Shown here piece after piece: positions 17,201-26,809 of a DNA stretch of 45,359 bases. Position numbers and translations under genes: made by a program. Within the stretch, counting starts at the first letter, position 1, and every line of letters begins with the position of its first letter. The notes under the pieces are model-generated. The model made no database searches. It saw nothing but the letters and a program-made list of their open reading frames with translations, and was not told the DNA's origin. The DNA comes from Escherichia phage Mt1B1_P10, in sequence record MT496971.1, one strand, 5' to 3'.

Positions 17201-19602
17201 TAGACCCTCCTTTTGGTTGGATTGTAGCTCCCTTCCCACTCAATATCGCGAAGCTGGAATGTATGAGGTGATTCTACAATAATACGATAAACAGCATCCG
17301 TGCTCTTGGCCCTCAGTGGGAATCTGAAGACACCCTCCCTTGGTTCAACATAACCTACTGTGTTGTTGAGAGCACCACCTATACGGTTTGACGCTAGCAC
17401 CCTGCGTACTTTACCACTCTTCACATTCTTAACTTCCACGGAGAAATCAGGATACATATCAAGATTAAGGTGAACCAACCCCACAACAGGTACATCAATA
17501 TAGGATACACGGTCTTGCCTATCTCTGATAACTACAGGTGTTGGTTCAAACTCTTGAGGGTAAATCTGACCAACAATAACCTTCGCTTTTACGTGGTTAT
17601 CATCATGCATGTCAAAGGTTGTAGACAAGGTGTTATCACTAGGGTTATATTTGAACAGGAAAGAACCTCCAATGTATGAATCCCACCCTTCTATTAAGAT
17701 GCAATCCAAAAGTTCTGGGTTAGTAGGAGTCCAAGGAAGTGGTTCAGATATCCATTCATCTTCTGCTTTAAAATGCTTGAAGATTAACTCTGCTTGCCTA
17801 TCCATTCTGATGCGGTCATTCAAACCGTAGGTTAGTGCATCACCCATGTCCATCTTCTCCAGATATACGCCATCTCCTCGCTCAAGGAGCAGGTAAAGTA
17901 ATTCACCAGAATAAAACATACCTCGCACCTTTGTACCTATAGGCCACTTCCATACATGCCATGCTGATTGTACACGGTCTGTTCCTTGCCATAACCAATC
18001 GTAGCAGTAGATTATGTTACGATACTTATCGGTAGTGACAAGTAACCTGTTGACATTGGTGCTTGCTGCCATGTTGGTAATGTTACCTTCGATGAGTTTA
18101 TTCACATGACTTGTGATTGCTTGTGCCTTCTTAGTGTCACTATAAGAGTCTGTATAGAACTCTCGTACACCAGAGTAAGAACCATCATTAGTGGCAAACA
18201 TTACCGATTCACCAGTTACTACTGGCTTCACTTTATTGTTCACTTCAAATGTTGTAACAGGCTTAAGCAGTGCATTTGACTTCTCTAAAGGCTTATCGCC
18301 TGGCAGTATGAATTGTGACTTATCAGAGAACAACACGGTAGCGCCATCTAAGGTCACTGCATGTTTTAGCTGGTAGACTTCACTAGCATCTGAGAAAATA
18401 TCAAATGGGTCAGTTGCCAATGCAGAGATAACCGTATAACGAAAGAAATCGAAGAAGTATGATGTACGAGAAGCAATAACCGCTTCACCTGCTGTAAAGC
18501 ATAGGCGGTTCTGCACCATGAACATTCCACCTATTGTCTGGGGTACTTCCTCATCAATAAAAGAGGGCATAGGGTTAGTCAAGTCATCCCCTACTTTACG
18601 ATCTTCCCAATCACCTTGTCTTATCTTGAATTGAGCTATGCCGTCAATGATACCTGTACGTTCAATGATGTAAGGCATTGTGCCTTTATCAAACCCAAGT
18701 AATACATCAGCAGCTATTGTTTCTTTCCAAGACACAAGGTTTCCCTCTTTCGGCTCAGCTTGCAGCCAGTAACGAGACTCAGGTTTGCTGCCAGTAGGCC
18801 ACACTTGCACTTTATAACCAGCAGGCGCACGAGAAGGGAGTAGGTCAGTAGAGCTAACTTTATTCTTGATAGCCACTAAATCCTTGCCTTTTGCACCATC
18901 GGTAGTTGTTACTGTGAAACTTTTACCATCGCGTCTCTCTATAAATATACTCGTACCATCTATTTGTATTTCATAGTCATTCACACCACTCCATTGCTGC
19001 AACTTGGAGTACAATTCAGAAGTGATACGTTCCGTTCGTATTTGTTCAACATGTTCTGCACTTCCCCCATCTGGTGTTTTAAAACTAGCAGCTGTAGTTC
19101 CATTAATTATGATAGAATAAGATGTACCGTATTGACCATATGCACAAAACACAATGGCTTTATCTCCAACTTTAGGTGACTTCCTATTACTAACTTTAAC
19201 CACTTTCCTACGGTTAAGCATAAAAGTAACATCAGCTATAGTCATGAATTGCACATCTTCCCTAGGGTTAACAACTTCAGAAAGGTAGGTCATAGGTGCA
19301 TCTTGAGAGATGACATTGCACTTGCGTCCATGCTTATCAAATATCTCTGGCACTTGCCCCTTCTTTAAGGTGAAGAAATACTCTTCATCTCCCTCACCCC
19401 TGCGATAATGGTGCGTTGCCATATTATCTGTACCTTCATCCAAGAGCTTAGCAATGTGAGTTGTACCCATGCGGGATTGAGTTCCATTCACTACATCAGG
19501 GACCATGTTCACCATAGTCGTACATTGACCATCAAGACGTACCGCTGGAGGTTGCTGGCTAATCCCTTGGATTTGCCTCCCTAATGAACCTTGTACTTCC
19601 AT
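17200..19602 (-). CDS. Tail tubular protein B (T7 gp12-like), 800 aa
   Basis: Size and position; start moved to ATG at 19602 (SD GGGAGG). Confidence 0.8.
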   Translation of the reverse strand: MEVQGSLGRQIQGISQQPPAVRLDGQCTTMVNMVPDVVNGTQSRMGTTHIAKLLDEGTDNMATHHYRRGEGDEEYFFTLKKGQVPEIFDKHGRKCNVISQDAPMTYLSEVVNPREDVQFMTIADVTFMLNRRKVVKVSNRKSPKVGDKAIVFCAYGQYGTSYSIIINGTTAASFKTPDGGSAEHVEQIRTERITSELYSKLQQWSGVNDYEIQIDGTSIFIERRDGKSFTVTTTDGAKGKDLVAIKNKVSSTDLLPSRAPAGYKVQVWPTGSKPESRYWLQAEPKEGNLVSWKETIAADVLLGFDKGTMPYIIERTGIIDGIAQFKIRQGDWEDRKVGDDLTNPMPSFIDEEVPQTIGGMFMVQNRLCFTAGEAVIASRTSYFFDFFRYTVISALATDPFDIFSDASEVYQLKHAVTLDGATVLFSDKSQFILPGDKPLEKSNALLKPVTTFEVNNKVKPVVTGESVMFATNDGSYSGVREFYTDSYSDTKKAQAITSHVNKLIEGNITNMAASTNVNRLLVTTDKYRNIIYCYDWLWQGTDRVQSAWHVWKWPIGTKVRGMFYSGELLYLLLERGDGVYLEKMDMGDALTYGLNDRIRMDRQAELIFKHFKAEDEWISEPLPWTPTNPELLDCILIEGWDSYIGGSFLFKYNPSDNTLSTTFDMHDDNHVKAKVIVGQIYPQEFEPTPVVIRDRQDRVSYIDVPVVGLVHLNLDMYPDFSVEVKNVKSGKVRRVLASNRIGGALNNTVGYVEPREGVFRFPLRAKSTDAVYRIIVESPHTFQLRDIEWEGSYNPTKRRV

Positions 19603-20339
19603 TAACGATCCTCCCACGGACGAAGTGCCCAACTGTCATATGGTGAATGAGAGTAAGCAGGTACATTCTGAGAGCCACCAGCCATGATACCAAACTGACG
19701 CTGAGTGGGGTTATGTACCAGCATGTTTAATCGCTTCTGTGACATTTGCTCAGATTGTACATCCATAAGAAGCTGAGTGGCTATCTGCTGCGCAGTGGCT
19801 AGCTTAGTCTGATCTGCATCCTTAGACACAATAAACTCTACAGCAGCTTGATAGGCAATAGCCTGCATTACACTAGTAGGTAGATGCTCATATGGAAGTA
19901 AGGTAAGTAAGGTAAGACGAATCATACCATTAGCATTCACATGCTTACGCATATCAAAGGTATGACTCCATGTAGAGTAGAGCTTACCTGCTCGCATAGT
20001 CATGGGTACTTTCTTCTCACCCAAAGCATAACACTGCAATACTGCTAGGCAGTTGTTAGGTAGATTGACTTCACCATTGGTATCAGGTGCAATCTGCCAG
20101 TTTGGTTCACGATTGAACCACCAGCCACCTCCTTTGTTGTACTGGAACCGCTGGGATACGATGTCGATCATCTTGCTTGCATCTTCTGCATCCAAGTCCC
20201 CTGAGTCGAGAGAATCCACACCCTCACGACCAATAGCTCGCATACACAGGTTGACCGCTTCAAGTTTACTATCAATAATCTGGAAGGCCACATCTTCCAT
20301 CATGTGTCCTACTTTACTGGTTTGTCTAATTACAGGCAT
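19602..20339 (-). CDS. Tail tubular protein A (T7 gp11-like), 245 aa
   Basis: Position after capsid; start moved to ATG at 20339 (SD AGGAGG). Confidence 0.75.
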   Translation of the reverse strand: MPVIRQTSKVGHMMEDVAFQIIDSKLEAVNLCMRAIGREGVDSLDSGDLDAEDASKMIDIVSQRFQYNKGGGWWFNREPNWQIAPDTNGEVNLPNNCLAVLQCYALGEKKVPMTMRAGKLYSTWSHTFDMRKHVNANGMIRLTLLTLLPYEHLPTSVMQAIAYQAAVEFIVSKDADQTKLATAQQIATQLLMDVQSEQMSQKRLNMLVHNPTQRQFGIMAGGSQNVPAYSHSPYDSWALRPWEDR

Positions 20340-20352
20340 GAATCCTCCTAAC

Positions 20353-20386
20353 AAAAAATAACCCTACCTACGCAAGGTAGATAGGG
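20353..20386 (-). terminator. Intrinsic terminator after the major capsid gene (T-phi analog)
   Basis: RNA CCCUAUCUAC-CUUGC-GUAGGUAGGG (10-bp stem with one G-U) followed by UUAUUUUUUG. Confidence 0.6.
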
Positions 20387-20394
20387 CATAGGTA

Positions 20395-21600
20395 TTACTC
20401 AGCAGGTTTCATTGCAGTCGGCTTGATGTCATTTGCCATTACAGCACGGACAGCAGCAACCAAGTCTTCAGCAGAAAGAGTAGCAGCAGCGGCATCACCT
20501 GCCGGAGCAGCATTCTTGACGTATACAGCTTTGCGCTGTGCACGGTTCAGAACCTGAGTATGCTGTGCAGCAGCGGTACTGTCAGCAGCACCAGTGGTGA
20601 CATTACGCTTAGTGGTCACAACAGAAACTGCTTCCCAACGATCAGGGATTGCACCCTCAGACATAAAGGTGTCGATGTAGTAGGTCTTCTCTTTCTTCTC
20701 ATAGAAGATATCGCCAGTAACATCAATAGAGCGTCCCACCAACAGTGCATCAGCAGTGAACAGTACAGCAATCGCGCCGTTCATTTCTGCAGTAGGGTCA
20801 TAGCGGTAGCCGTTGTCTTCGTTAGACAACAGGTGATGCTTCTGACCTTGAGCAAATTTCGGGAATCGGTTAGATGGGATAACTGGACAGTTGTAGGAAG
20901 ACAGTACGAAACCCTGAATGGTTGCACCAGACTGGCTAATGGTGTAGCTCTTGTCAACGATACGATCCGCATCACGCAGCACGTTGAAATAGCGCCAAGG
21001 CATCAGGATGGCTACATCGGAGATGTCAACTTCCTGCTCAAGCTGCTGTTCCAGAGCGAACTCTACAGCAGCCATTACATACTGCGGATTAACCAGCGCT
21101 TCCCCTTCATTGACCTCTACGTTGACAGAGAAGCCATGACCTTTCACACGAGGGTTAGTACGATTAGCCTGAGTGTTAGCAATACCGCCAAGCAGCATCT
21201 GCTGAATAAGCATTTCATCTTCCATCTTCTTCAGCTGCTTAGCTTGGTTAGTAGCCAGCTTCGGCTTCAGGCTATCAATGTCACCCTGTACGTCGTGCAG
21301 GTGAGCAACGGTGTTACGCGCGATAACAGTGGCATCAATTACCAGCTGGTTTTTATCGGCCTGAGTAGAGGTTGCAGCCGGAGACTGGCCCGGTGCTAGA
21401 ACCTGCAACTCGGTTTCACCCAAGTACTTGTTGCTTACAGTGTTAGTACCAGTAACAGTCTGAACATCAAAGTAGGACATGATGTTCTCACCTTTCAGGT
21501 ACTGCTCATTTACCTTACCATTGAATTTCTCAATGAGCAGGCTGTCTACCTCACCGGAAGCGGAGACTGCAACGTTGGTCAGGTTATTCGGCGTAGACAT
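20395..21600 (-). CDS. Major capsid protein, 401 aa
   Basis: ATG with SD AAGGAGG; follows the scaffold gene and its own promoter; followed by a terminator. Confidence 0.85.
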   Translation of the reverse strand: MSTPNNLTNVAVSASGEVDSLLIEKFNGKVNEQYLKGENIMSYFDVQTVTGTNTVSNKYLGETELQVLAPGQSPAATSTQADKNQLVIDATVIARNTVAHLHDVQGDIDSLKPKLATNQAKQLKKMEDEMLIQQMLLGGIANTQANRTNPRVKGHGFSVNVEVNEGEALVNPQYVMAAVEFALEQQLEQEVDISDVAILMPWRYFNVLRDADRIVDKSYTISQSGATIQGFVLSSYNCPVIPSNRFPKFAQGQKHHLLSNEDNGYRYDPTAEMNGAIAVLFTADALLVGRSIDVTGDIFYEKKEKTYYIDTFMSEGAIPDRWEAVSVVTTKRNVTTGAADSTAAAQHTQVLNRAQRKAVYVKNAAPAGDAAAATLSAEDLVAAVRAVMANDIKPTAMKPAE

Positions 21601-21653
21601 TAATAAACCTCCTTATAAATCAAATTGATAATTTAGGGAGACATTTCTCCCTT

Positions 21654-21671
21654 CTATAGTGTCCAGTAAAT
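21654..21671 (-). promoter_or_regulatory. Phage RNAP promoter upstream of the capsid gene
   Basis: Minus-strand ATTTACTGGACACTATAGAAGGG. Confidence 0.8.
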
Positions 21672-21676
21672 ACTGA

Positions 21677-22597
21677 TTATAATCCGCGAGCCATACCAGC
21701 GCGGCGGCGAGCATCCAGTTTAGCCTGATACTCAGCAGCAGCTTTCTTGTCTGTGCCGAAGCGAGAGCTAAGGGTCATCATCTCACGCAGGTATTGCTCA
21801 CGCGAGAGGGGGCCGTTATCTTCAGATGCAGCAGCAGGTGCAGAGGGTTCAATCAGGTTTGGCTTGTCATCACCTTGTGCAGCCTTACGGCGGCTCTCCA
21901 GTTCACGCACAGCATACTGCTGGAGGTACTGGTTGCCAGATTCCATCACCGCATTGAATGCCGTTAGTTCATCATCGGACAGCGCTTCAAGCGCCCATGC
22001 CTCAAGACGGGACCAGCCTTCTTCGCCACCAACTTCCTTAGAAACATCAGAGAAGCGCTGAGTATTAGCTGCTTCCAGTTCCTTAGCTGCGTTAGCTTCC
22101 TTCAGGAAGAAAGCTTCATTCTGTGCCTTAAGGCCAGACAGGTAGGCATCTACTGCAAACTTGCCAAAGGCATCATATAGCTTCTGCTTGGTTGCATCGG
22201 ACAGTTCAAACTTGCCATCTTTGGCATAGAGTTCCTTGGCAACCTGCTTAGCATCAATGCCTTTCTCTTTAAGACTATCAGTTACATCCTGTGGGATGTC
22301 TACTGTTACTTCATGCTCTCCGAAGAAGTATTGCACTTCCTCAGTGTCGGTCGCGGTATCATCTGGCTTAGATTCACCATTCTCTCCGCCATTGTCTCCT
22401 TCTTCTGAAGGCTGTCCAGAAGCTTCTCCTCCGGCGTCTTCAATAGGTTGTGCACCAGCATTGTCATCTTGTACATCAGTGCCAGCGTCAGCAGGAGCAT
22501 CAGTAGTAACAGCATTGGTTGTTACCTCCTTGGTTTCTGCCGGATTCTCTTCAGCAGTAGGGTGAGTGGTTGACGGTTCATTAAATGAGAAAGACAT
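21677..22597 (-). CDS. Scaffolding protein, 306 aa
   Basis: Highly acidic, low complexity; between portal and capsid; ATG with SD AAGGAGG overlaps the portal stop. Confidence 0.7.
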   Translation of the reverse strand: MSFSFNEPSTTHPTAEENPAETKEVTTNAVTTDAPADAGTDVQDDNAGAQPIEDAGGEASGQPSEEGDNGGENGESKPDDTATDTEEVQYFFGEHEVTVDIPQDVTDSLKEKGIDAKQVAKELYAKDGKFELSDATKQKLYDAFGKFAVDAYLSGLKAQNEAFFLKEANAAKELEAANTQRFSDVSKEVGGEEGWSRLEAWALEALSDDELTAFNAVMESGNQYLQQYAVRELESRRKAAQGDDKPNLIEPSAPAAASEDNGPLSREQYLREMMTLSSRFGTDKKAAAEYQAKLDARRRAGMARGL

Positions 22598-24147
22598 TAC
22601 GCCTCCTTAAGTTCTTGTTGAATTACACCCGGCACGGCCTTAGCCACACCTTCTTCAAGCATCTGTGCTTGCTGTGCTTGCATTTGTGCTTCCTGTTCTT
22701 GTTCCATCTCTTCAGCCGATTTAAGGAATGGCAGTTCAGCAGAGATTTGACCACGCACCCAATCCATATAGTCAGGCCATTTCACAGCAGCTAGGACAGG
22801 TTCAGGCCACTGGAGTGGCAGTGACATATACTGAGCAAAGTTTGCCAGCTTATCAAGTTCAGCCATGCGTCCTAGAGCTTCAATACCCGTGATAATCACA
22901 GGGTCCACTAGGTCACTAGTGAAGGATTCTCCTGCCTCCAGCAGACCCCACATCGCTACTGGCGATTGCATAGTAGTAGCAAAGAGGGAATATACACCGC
23001 CCATGTTCTGCTCAATCTCTAGCGCATCTCGCTGGATTTCTACAGCAGTAACACGTTCGGCGTCACGGCGTGTCATTGTCTCCATCATGAAGACGACACC
23101 GATACGGCGAGTGTACACCTCTAGAACCGCGCTAATAGGTGTGAGGTCTGCGTACTTACCTAACTGTACAATATGGATATCTTCTTCTACACCAGTGACA
23201 ACCTCACCAGTGCCAGAGTTAACAAAATGGTCAACATCAGTTTGAGCACCTGGACGAATCAGGTACTTGATATCTGCCATCAGTGCAGCACCACGGGCAA
23301 CCGCTTCAGATAAGAATTGGATAACGAATAAATCACCAGAGTAATCCTCTGCTAAAGGACGACCCCAATCTTCACCATAGCTTCGCTTCCAAGTCAGTGG
23401 GATAAATGGTAACTTTTCTGATTTGATTTTACTTACCTTACCAACAGGGATATCATCAGCAGATTGCTTGAGTTCCCAAAAACCATCACCAAGATACTTA
23501 GCATGTGTGTACAGCTTAATGCTGTCATCTTCCTTGCATTTCTTACCTTTCAAGCCGACCTCAACTACAGTACGTGTGGCTGGGTCAAAGGTGCGTAAGG
23601 CTTTCTCTTGCAGTAAGATAATGTCTAACAGGTCGCCATTGGTATCACGGTTAACTACATAGTGATGCATTGGGATAGCACTGATTGCACCTTTGCTCGG
23701 CTTGTATAGCATACAGCTACCAGCAACAATAAGATGCTTGAATGCTTCCACTACAGCAGGCCGGAATTGACGTTGCTCTAACTCTTTCATTGCCCGTGTT
23801 TCCACTTGAGCGAAGATAGTAGCTAGCTCTGTCTTCTTCAGGCCACGCTGATTAAGAACCTTCTCACCTTGTGCAGTTAAGTCTACACGGAAGAAGGAGC
23901 GCTGTGCAGGGAATAGCACTTGCGCTAGCTTGTTGGCTAGGTGGTTAGTTGCCTGAGCACCTACACCTTGCCATCCATTCTGCGAAGTCTCGTTATCACC
24001 TTTGTCATTCATCAGATAGGGCAAGGTTAATTTGGAGTAATGCTTCGCCCTATCAAGGAAAGAGCTACGTTTAGTGGAGAATTTCTCCCATAGCTTAGGT
24101 ATCTTAGACCGCTTACCTCCATACTCCAAATCTGTGCTCTGTTTCAT
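22597..24147 (-). CDS. Portal (head-tail connector, T7 gp8-like), 516 aa
   Basis: Size and position immediately upstream of scaffold. Confidence 0.85.
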   Translation of the reverse strand: MKQSTDLEYGGKRSKIPKLWEKFSTKRSSFLDRAKHYSKLTLPYLMNDKGDNETSQNGWQGVGAQATNHLANKLAQVLFPAQRSFFRVDLTAQGEKVLNQRGLKKTELATIFAQVETRAMKELEQRQFRPAVVEAFKHLIVAGSCMLYKPSKGAISAIPMHHYVVNRDTNGDLLDIILLQEKALRTFDPATRTVVEVGLKGKKCKEDDSIKLYTHAKYLGDGFWELKQSADDIPVGKVSKIKSEKLPFIPLTWKRSYGEDWGRPLAEDYSGDLFVIQFLSEAVARGAALMADIKYLIRPGAQTDVDHFVNSGTGEVVTGVEEDIHIVQLGKYADLTPISAVLEVYTRRIGVVFMMETMTRRDAERVTAVEIQRDALEIEQNMGGVYSLFATTMQSPVAMWGLLEAGESFTSDLVDPVIITGIEALGRMAELDKLANFAQYMSLPLQWPEPVLAAVKWPDYMDWVRGQISAELPFLKSAEEMEQEQEAQMQAQQAQMLEEGVAKAVPGVIQQELKEA

Positions 24148-24148
24148 A

Positions 24149-24358
24149 TTACACCTTCAAGCTAGAAGCTACCGGACGGACAAGGCCACGCTTACCTTTT
24201 GCAGATGCAGTCGCATCATCACCACCTGCACCAATCTGAATATCTTCAGCTTCAGTCTCAGGCTTACGCTCAAGCTGCTGCGCTGGTACTTTAGCTTCGA
24301 TACGTGGTGCATCTTGAGCAAGACCGATAGCCTTAAATGCTTTCTTTACAACACCCAT
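24149..24358 (-). CDS. Hypothetical protein, 69 aa
   Basis: ATG with SD AAGGAG; low complexity. Confidence 0.5.
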   Translation of the reverse strand: MGVVKKAFKAIGLAQDAPRIEAKVPAQQLERKPETEAEDIQIGAGGDDATASAKGKRGLVRPVASSLKV

Positions 24359-24367
24359 GTTATCTCC

Positions 24368-24829
24368 TTAGAACTTCAGGTTATACACAGTGCCAAACGG
24401 TTCAAAGCCAAGTAGCTTATACATACGTCCGACACGTTCTTCGTTAATACCAGAGGCGATGGACAGGCGAACCTCGGCACACTTGCTTTCACTAGCCCAT
24501 TGCTTAAGCGCTTTGACTAGACGCATACCAAGCAATGTCCCTCGCTTCTCTGGTACAATATAAAAGAGAATGTCAGATGCAACTCTTACAGGTGTCCAAG
24601 GGGCTAACTCGTGATAGCCAGCCCACAGAAAACCTACAATCTGCCCTTCATCTACAGCAACCCATAGGAATAAATCTTCTCTACTAAGAGATGCACAAAG
24701 GTTATGTGCGCTTTGTTCTGCATTCCATGAGGCTGAGTGGTGGGCTACAACCTTGACTTCCTCTTCCACATATTTATTCCCAAGGTTTATAATCTCAGGA
24801 ATATCTAGGAATGAAGCTGGACGTATCAT
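24368..24829 (-). CDS. GNAT-family N-acetyltransferase-like protein, 153 aa
   Basis: QIVGFLWAGY...RGTLLGMRLVKAL pattern resembles the GNAT acetyl-CoA-binding core; start overlaps the upstream stop (ATGA). Confidence 0.55.
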   Translation of the reverse strand: MIRPASFLDIPEIINLGNKYVEEEVKVVAHHSASWNAEQSAHNLCASLSREDLFLWVAVDEGQIVGFLWAGYHELAPWTPVRVASDILFYIVPEKRGTLLGMRLVKALKQWASESKCAEVRLSIASGINEERVGRMYKLLGFEPFGTVYNLKF

Positions 24830-24996
24830 TGGACCACCAGTTGTGCTCTAACACAATCCATAATGTAACGCTTCACTTCATCTACGATTAATTCTTCGTG
24901 AGTCTTAGTCACCTTCGGAGAAGAAGGCTTGAGAATCATCTCAAGCATCTCCATACCCTCAAATGAAATCGTCGGTTTCTTCTTCGTCTGTACCAT
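24826..24996 (-). CDS. Hypothetical small protein (start uncertain)
   Basis: Track start is TTG; first ATG at 24996 has a weak SD; ATGs at 24954 and 24948 are alternatives. Confidence 0.3.
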   Translation of the reverse strand: MVQTKKKPTISFEGMEMLEMILKPSSPKVTKTHEELIVDEVKRYIMDCVRAQLVVQ

Positions 24997-25174
24997 AGAG
25001 TTCTTCAACCTTCTCTTGGATAGCTTCTACAGAAAGACCAAGCTCTTCTGCATCAGCCAGTAAAGTATACGGCAATTCCATACCACAGGATAAAGTTTCA
25101 AAGATAGCTTCTGCTACCTCAACTGCACGAGTTGCCTTCATGCTATCAAAAGAAATCTGGTTCATCTTTGTCAT
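24959..25174 (-). CDS. Hypothetical acidic protein, 71 aa
   Basis: ATG with SD GGGAGA; acidic C-terminus (...EEETDDFI). Confidence 0.45.
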   Translation of the reverse strand: MTKMNQISFDSMKATRAVEVAEAIFETLSCGMELPYTLLADAEELGLSVEAIQEKVEELYGTDEEETDDFI

Positions 25175-26093
25175 GTCTTAATTCTCCCGCTTTGGGCAGA
25201 CGAATGTTGCCCTTGCTTGAATCCTGAAGACCTTTTACTTCAAAGATTTTACCAATGACATTCAATCGTCCACCATGTTTAATATCGTGGAACATCTGTT
25301 CTGCATCTGCATGAGTCCACCCTTTACCTAACATAGCTTTGATTGTCTTGCCTCCTTTCCATTTGAAAATGAGGTTAGCTACCTTACCTTTGTACTTACC
25401 TTTGCCTTCTTCAAAGCCAATACAAGTAAGGTCATAAGTTACCTTACGGACTTCTTTAGTCTGACGATAACCTTTGTGGCCTGCTTCATAATCACAGTCC
25501 AGTTTAAACACAGCACCCTCTCGGCCTGCGTCTATTTGCTCTTGCGCAAACGCTTCAACTTCTCGCTCATTATGGCAAGGAGTAATAGGAAGGATAGCGT
25601 TGTACCCGCTAAGATGAGCGCCGATGCGACGATGTAAAGCATCGTAACGTTTGAGATAAGAAACATCAGTGAATCCATCATGGAATGCCTTAATAGTTAA
25701 CATATCGAAGAAGTCAATATACAGGTTGTCTTTAATCTGCTGGCCTATGAAATCCAGTGGCTCAGTGCGGTTAGGGTTAACTACTCCAGAAAGTGCTTCA
25801 AGGTAGACATCAATAGCCATAGATTGCAACTCACCGAGATAAATGCCAGTAGGGAAAGCTGAATAAGATTCTTCCAAGGTTTCCGTGTTAGCCAGTTTCT
25901 TTCCAGTGCGTCCAAAGACACCAACGACACCATCGTTGCGAACAACCACAGCACTAAATATACCATCTCGTTTTACCTGTGCATAACATGGAAAAGTTAA
26001 TTTCTTCTCAGGTACTTCACCGCGATGTTTCACCAGCATGAATGGGTGATTGCGGTGATCTTCTGGAAGACCTAGGAATTGGAAGATATTCAT
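25146..26093 (-). CDS. ATP-dependent DNA ligase, 315 aa
   Basis: Adenylation motif KRDG (VKRDGIF); ATG with SD AAGGAGG. Confidence 0.8.
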   Translation of the reverse strand: MNIFQFLGLPEDHRNHPFMLVKHRGEVPEKKLTFPCYAQVKRDGIFSAVVVRNDGVVGVFGRTGKKLANTETLEESYSAFPTGIYLGELQSMAIDVYLEALSGVVNPNRTEPLDFIGQQIKDNLYIDFFDMLTIKAFHDGFTDVSYLKRYDALHRRIGAHLSGYNAILPITPCHNEREVEAFAQEQIDAGREGAVFKLDCDYEAGHKGYRQTKEVRKVTYDLTCIGFEEGKGKYKGKVANLIFKWKGGKTIKAMLGKGWTHADAEQMFHDIKHGGRLNVIGKIFEVKGLQDSSKGNIRLPKAGELRHDKDEPDFF

Positions 26094-26263
26094 TTCACCT
26101 CCTTCATCACACCTTTAACTATTGCCTCTTTAAAGTATGCTAAGTCAGAACCATAGGCACTTAGGAACCACATTGCACCTTCATCATTGGAGGTCAATAC
26201 AAAACCGAGAGGGCTTACTCTATATAAGTTACCGAAGTACCCTCTATATAGTTTACCTTCCAT
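26090..26263 (-). CDS. Hypothetical protein, 57 aa
   Basis: Start taken at ATG at 26263 (SD GAGGA) just after the upstream stop; the track start is TTG. Confidence 0.4.
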   Translation of the reverse strand: MEGKLYRGYFGNLYRVSPLGFVLTSNDEGAMWFLSAYGSDLAYFKEAIVKGVMKEVK

Positions 26264-26264
26264 A

Positions 26265-26735
26265 TTAAATATCCTCATCAATACATTCGTGACGATGCTT
26301 CTGGAATAGCTCTTTGTAGTAGTCTGCTTTCTTCAGATCTTCTTCCGTGTTGAATTTCTTCCCTGCACGCAGACGATACTTCAAAGCATTACCCATGCAA
26401 TATCCAGCAAATTGCTTCTCGGTCATACTACGAGCAATGATAGTGATTGCCTCTACCCCATCGAAGAACTCATAGTGCTTAGGCTTAGTAACCATATTGT
26501 TGTCCAACGTGCTAGGATCTTCATCTTGCAATGAGTCAACAACCTTGAAGTAAGGTGCATACCATTCGCGCTTCTCAACACCTTCTAACATAATAGAGTT
26601 ATAATTAGGTTCTGCACGGGATACTTTGAATACCCCATCTGGTTTCTTGTCTAGGCTTTCACACAGTTTATTCCAGATGGCATCTCGGTAAGCTGCACGG
26701 CGTACGACGTATTCGCCAATATAAATCTTTGACAT
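26265..26735 (-). CDS. DUF3310-like phage protein, 156 aa
   Basis: KPKHYEFFDGVEAITIIARSMTEKQFAGYCMGNALKYRLRAGKK resembles the DUF3310 signature. Start at ATG at 26735 (SD GGAGGA); ATG at 26750 also possible. Confidence 0.55.
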   Translation of the reverse strand: MSKIYIGEYVVRRAAYRDAIWNKLCESLDKKPDGVFKVSRAEPNYNSIMLEGVEKREWYAPYFKVVDSLQDEDPSTLDNNMVTKPKHYEFFDGVEAITIIARSMTEKQFAGYCMGNALKYRLRAGKKFNTEEDLKKADYYKELFQKHRHECIDEDI

Positions 26736-26791
26736 AATTAATTCCTCCATTCACTATACAATCAAGGGTAAGCTAATACCTACCCTTTGTT

Positions 26792-26809
26792 CTATAGTGT
26801 CAACTAAAT
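26792..26809 (-). promoter_or_regulatory. Phage RNAP promoter (variant)
   Basis: Minus-strand ATTTAGTTGACACTATAGAACAAAGG overlapping the phosphoesterase stop. Confidence 0.65.

Noticed and set aside
20560-21399. 279-aa plus-strand ORF
   Set aside because: Antisense to the major capsid gene; no start context; all phage promoters point the other way.
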